From: a virus
Lineage: Duplodnaviria; Caudoviricetes
Strand: one strand, 5' to 3'
Virus record (IMG/VR): IMGVR_UViG_3300012844_000034
Location: 1 to 37,773 of that record
Length of the DNA: 37,773 bases
Positions 35,569 to 37,773 of the stretch are shown here, in pieces. Position numbers and translations under genes: made by a program. The notes below the pieces were generated by a model, which did no database searches, was not told the origin of the DNA, and saw only the letters and a program-made list of their open reading frames with translations. How positions within the stretch are numbered: position 1 is the first letter of the stretch; each line of letters begins with the position of its first letter.

Positions 35569-36612
35569 ATGAAACCAACGTATCGAGTCATTGCCGACCG
35601 CAAGGACATTACCGCGCTGATCAATGACCGCCTGTTGCTTCTGCGCATCTCGGACAAGCCCGGCATGGAGTCGGACGAGTTTGAGCTACGCATTGACGAC
35701 CGCGACCAGGCAGTGGCGCTGCCAGCGCGGGGAGGGGTGGTGGAGGTCTTGCTGGGTTACGAGGGCCAGCCCCTTAAGCGCATGGGCGCCTACACCGTCG
35801 ACGAGGTGCAGTTATCCGGCCCGCCCGATGAACTGATCATTCGCGGCAAGGCCAGCGACATGCGTGGAAGCGGCAAGACCATCCGCAGCGGCAGCTGGGA
35901 GAATGTGCCGCTGTCGGAGATCGTCACTGAAATCGCCAAGCGTAACGGCTGGGAGGTGGTCTGCCCGGTCACGACGAAGGTCGAGCGCATCGATCAGCGC
36001 AACGAGTCGGACTTCAACTTTGTCACGCGCTTGGCCCGGCAGTATGACAGCACAGCTAAGGTTGCCGAGGGCAAGCTGCTGGTTATGCCCCGGCAGGGCG
36101 GCAAGAGCACATCAGGCAAGTCGCTGCAGGTCATCACGGTCAACAAGACGGACGTCTCGCGGTACCAATTCCGGTTATCGGACCGCAGCACGCAGAAGGC
36201 AGTGAAAACACAGCATCAGGACCCGAAGACCGGCGCCTTAAAAGTCGTCCAGCTGGACAACGACGAGTCGCCAGACGGTCTGCCCCCGGTTCACACCGAC
36301 CGCCACATCTACCCCAACGAGACTGCTGCCAAGCAGGCCGCCAAGGCGCGGCTGGCCGCGTTCAACCGCAGCACGGCGGGCGTGCGTCTGGAAATGGCCG
36401 GCCGGCATGACCTGTTTGCCGAGTGCACGATTAACGCCCACGGCTTCAAGGTCGGTCTCGATGGCGAGTACCTGGTGGAAAGCGTTGAGCAGGTGTTCAC
36501 CGCCAGCGGGTGGACCACGACCGTGGAATGCAACGGCGGCAAGAAGGGTAAGGCCAAGGCCTCGGGCAAGAAAAAGAAAGTTGAAAAGCCGCTCAAGGTT
36601 GAGCAGCTCTGA
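35569..36612 (+). CDS. Late control protein D/baseplate hub
   Basis: D..GMESD.F...IDDRD, G.YTVDEV..SGPPD and DQ.NESD..F.TRLA motifs. Confidence 0.92.
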   Translation: MKPTYRVIADRKDITALINDRLLLLRISDKPGMESDEFELRIDDRDQAVALPARGGVVEVLLGYEGQPLKRMGAYTVDEVQLSGPPDELIIRGKASDMRGSGKTIRSGSWENVPLSEIVTEIAKRNGWEVVCPVTTKVERIDQRNESDFNFVTRLARQYDSTAKVAEGKLLVMPRQGGKSTSGKSLQVITVNKTDVSRYQFRLSDRSTQKAVKTQHQDPKTGALKVVQLDNDESPDGLPPVHTDRHIYPNETAAKQAAKARLAAFNRSTAGVRLEMAGRHDLFAECTINAHGFKVGLDGEYLVESVEQVFTASGWTTTVECNGGKKGKAKASGKKKKVEKPLKVEQL

Positions 36613-36649
36613 ACCCCTCGGCCGCTTTCGGCCATCACTGGAGAAATCA

Positions 36650-37219
36650 ATGGCTATCTCAGTTCAACAGCTGCAACAGATCCTCCCCAACGCCGGCCGC
36701 AAAGCCGGCGTTTTTGTTCCTGGGCTCAACGCGACAATGGGCAAGTACTCGATCATCACGGCCAAGCGTATGGCGGCATTCCTTGCCCAGGTAGGCCATG
36801 AGTCTGGCCAGCTGCTGTATGTGCGTGAGCTCGGTAACGATGCCTACCTGGCCAAGTACGACACCGGCCGCCTGGCGCAGCGCCTTGGCAACACCCCACA
36901 GGCGGATGGTGATGGCCAGCGGTACCGTGGCCGTGGGCTTATTCAGATCACCGGGCGCGACAACTACGAAGCCTGCAGTGAGGCGCTGTTCGGTGACAGT
37001 CGCTTGCTCAATACCCCCGACCTGCTCGAGCAGCCGGTCTACGCGTCGCTGTCAGCCGGGTGGTTTTGGCAGCGTGCGGGCCTCAATAGCCTTGCTGACA
37101 AGGTGGCACAGGCCGATGACTCGGTTTTCGAGTCGATCACCCGTCGCATCAATGGTGGCCTCAATGGCTTGAAAGATCGCCAAGCGCTCTACAAGCGGGC
37201 GCTTGAGGTGCTGCAGTAA
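36650..37219 (+). CDS. Endolysin, glycoside hydrolase family 19
   Basis: AAFLAQVGHESG, YRGRGLIQITGRDNY and TRRINGG.NG motifs; GGAG RBS. Confidence 0.93.
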   Translation: MAISVQQLQQILPNAGRKAGVFVPGLNATMGKYSIITAKRMAAFLAQVGHESGQLLYVRELGNDAYLAKYDTGRLAQRLGNTPQADGDGQRYRGRGLIQITGRDNYEACSEALFGDSRLLNTPDLLEQPVYASLSAGWFWQRAGLNSLADKVAQADDSVFESITRRINGGLNGLKDRQALYKRALEVLQ

Positions 37220-37773
37220 TGTCGCTGAGTTGGCGTATTGCCTTGTTGGCCGTTGCGCTCGGGGTCTATATCGGCGGCCGTGGCGCCTGGACGTGGCAGG
37301 CCAACGAGTACGGTCGGCAGCTCGCGGATCAGTCAGCTGATTACATTGGGCAACTGGCCGACAAGGATCGAGCCTATGGTCGCGAGCGTGAAGAGGCTGC
37401 AGCTGCAGCCCTGGATCGGTTGGCGAAGCAGAAGGCTCAGCGGCAAGCCTTGGAAGATCGCCTGCAGGAGCAGGGCAAAACCCATTGGCAGGAGATGAAC
37501 AATGCACAAACAACTCAAGCTCGCCTGCGTGACAGGCTTGCTACCGCTAATCTGCGGTTGTCAGTCCTTGTCGACGCCGGAGCCTTTGCCGCCCCGGGTT
37601 GTGACGGTGGGGTGCGAGAAACCGCCGGCACCGGAAGCCTGGTACATGGCGCCGTACGCGCCCAACTTGACCGAGCGCATGCTCAACGAATTGTCGCCAT
37701 CACCGACGACGGCGACCGGGGGCTGATAGCACTGCAGGCTTGCCAGGCCTACGTGCGCGAAGTCACCAAGTAA
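37219..37773 (+). CDS. Rz: Inner-membrane spanin (Rz-like)
   Basis: N-terminal hydrophobic segment, coiled coil and C-terminal GD...L.ACQAYV. Confidence 0.88.
   Translation: MSLSWRIALLAVALGVYIGGRGAWTWQANEYGRQLADQSADYIGQLADKDRAYGREREEAAAAALDRLAKQKAQRQALEDRLQEQGKTHWQEMNNAQTTQARLRDRLATANLRLSVLVDAGAFAAPGCDGGVRETAGTGSLVHGAVRAQLDRAHAQRIVAITDDGDRGLIALQACQAYVREVTK
37502..37726 (+). CDS. Rz1: Outer-membrane spanin lipoprotein embedded in Rz
   Basis: +1 frame inside Rz; signal peptide ending in lipobox-like LICGC, followed by a Pro-rich mature region. Confidence 0.75.
   Translation: MHKQLKLACVTGLLPLICGCQSLSTPEPLPPRVVTVGCEKPPAPEAWYMAPYAPNLTERMLNELSPSPTTATGG

Larger units (their letters stand above)
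1..37773. mobile_element. Temperate prophage (lambda-like head, P2/R-pyocin-like contractile tail), probably from Pseudomonas; ends lie outside or at the window edges
   Basis: Continuous order of integrase, repressor/cro, primase-helicase, holin, terminase, portal, protease, capsid, baseplate, sheath, tube, tape measure, endolysin and spanins. Confidence 0.97.

Noticed and set aside
36620-36634. GGCCGCTTTCGGCCA as another copy of the cassette repeat
   Set aside because: Only half the unit matches, the AAAGCGG arm is missing, and there is no adjacent cargo; probably a small unrelated hairpin
23522-37773. R-type pyocin (tailocin) locus
   Set aside because: Complete head, packaging, replication and integrase genes are present, so this is a prophage

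Overview
The window holds a nearly complete temperate Pseudomonas-type prophage, running from its tyrosine integrase (about 37-1158) to the Rz/Rz1 spanins at the right edge; the att sites are not visible. The backbone is an early-left operon with two PrtN-family genes, a cI/cro switch with 14-bp operators, CII-like and DksA/TraR genes, a Prim-Pol/helicase with a downstream iteron-like repeat field, a holin, a lambda-like head module, a P2/R-pyocin-like contractile tail, a GH19 endolysin and spanins. The most interesting part is the visibly AT-richer accessory block at about 1200-6050. It contains four cargo units, and each boundary carries copies of one 24-bp imperfect palindrome (core GCTWTGGGTCGAAAGCGG, often at a 33-34 bp period), which gives a cassette-array layout without integron attC sites. 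The cargo is (i) an operon of a Cap5-like HNH nuclease, a tandem-domain protein and a minimal nucleotidyltransferase, (ii) a decayed CoiA-like nuclease pseudogene, (iii) an orphan gene and (iv) a fusion of a tail-fibre-assembly-like domain to an MtlR-type HEPN domain with an RxxxxH motif. Units (i) and (iv) are candidate anti-phage systems that I cannot assign to a named family. Other notable signals are three hairpins sharing the loop motif CCTCTCACCAC around the immunity region, a probable +1 (CTT-TAA) frameshift in the tail chaperone, and five Pro-rich repeats in the tape measure protein. All family calls come from motif recognition by eye; no searches were run.
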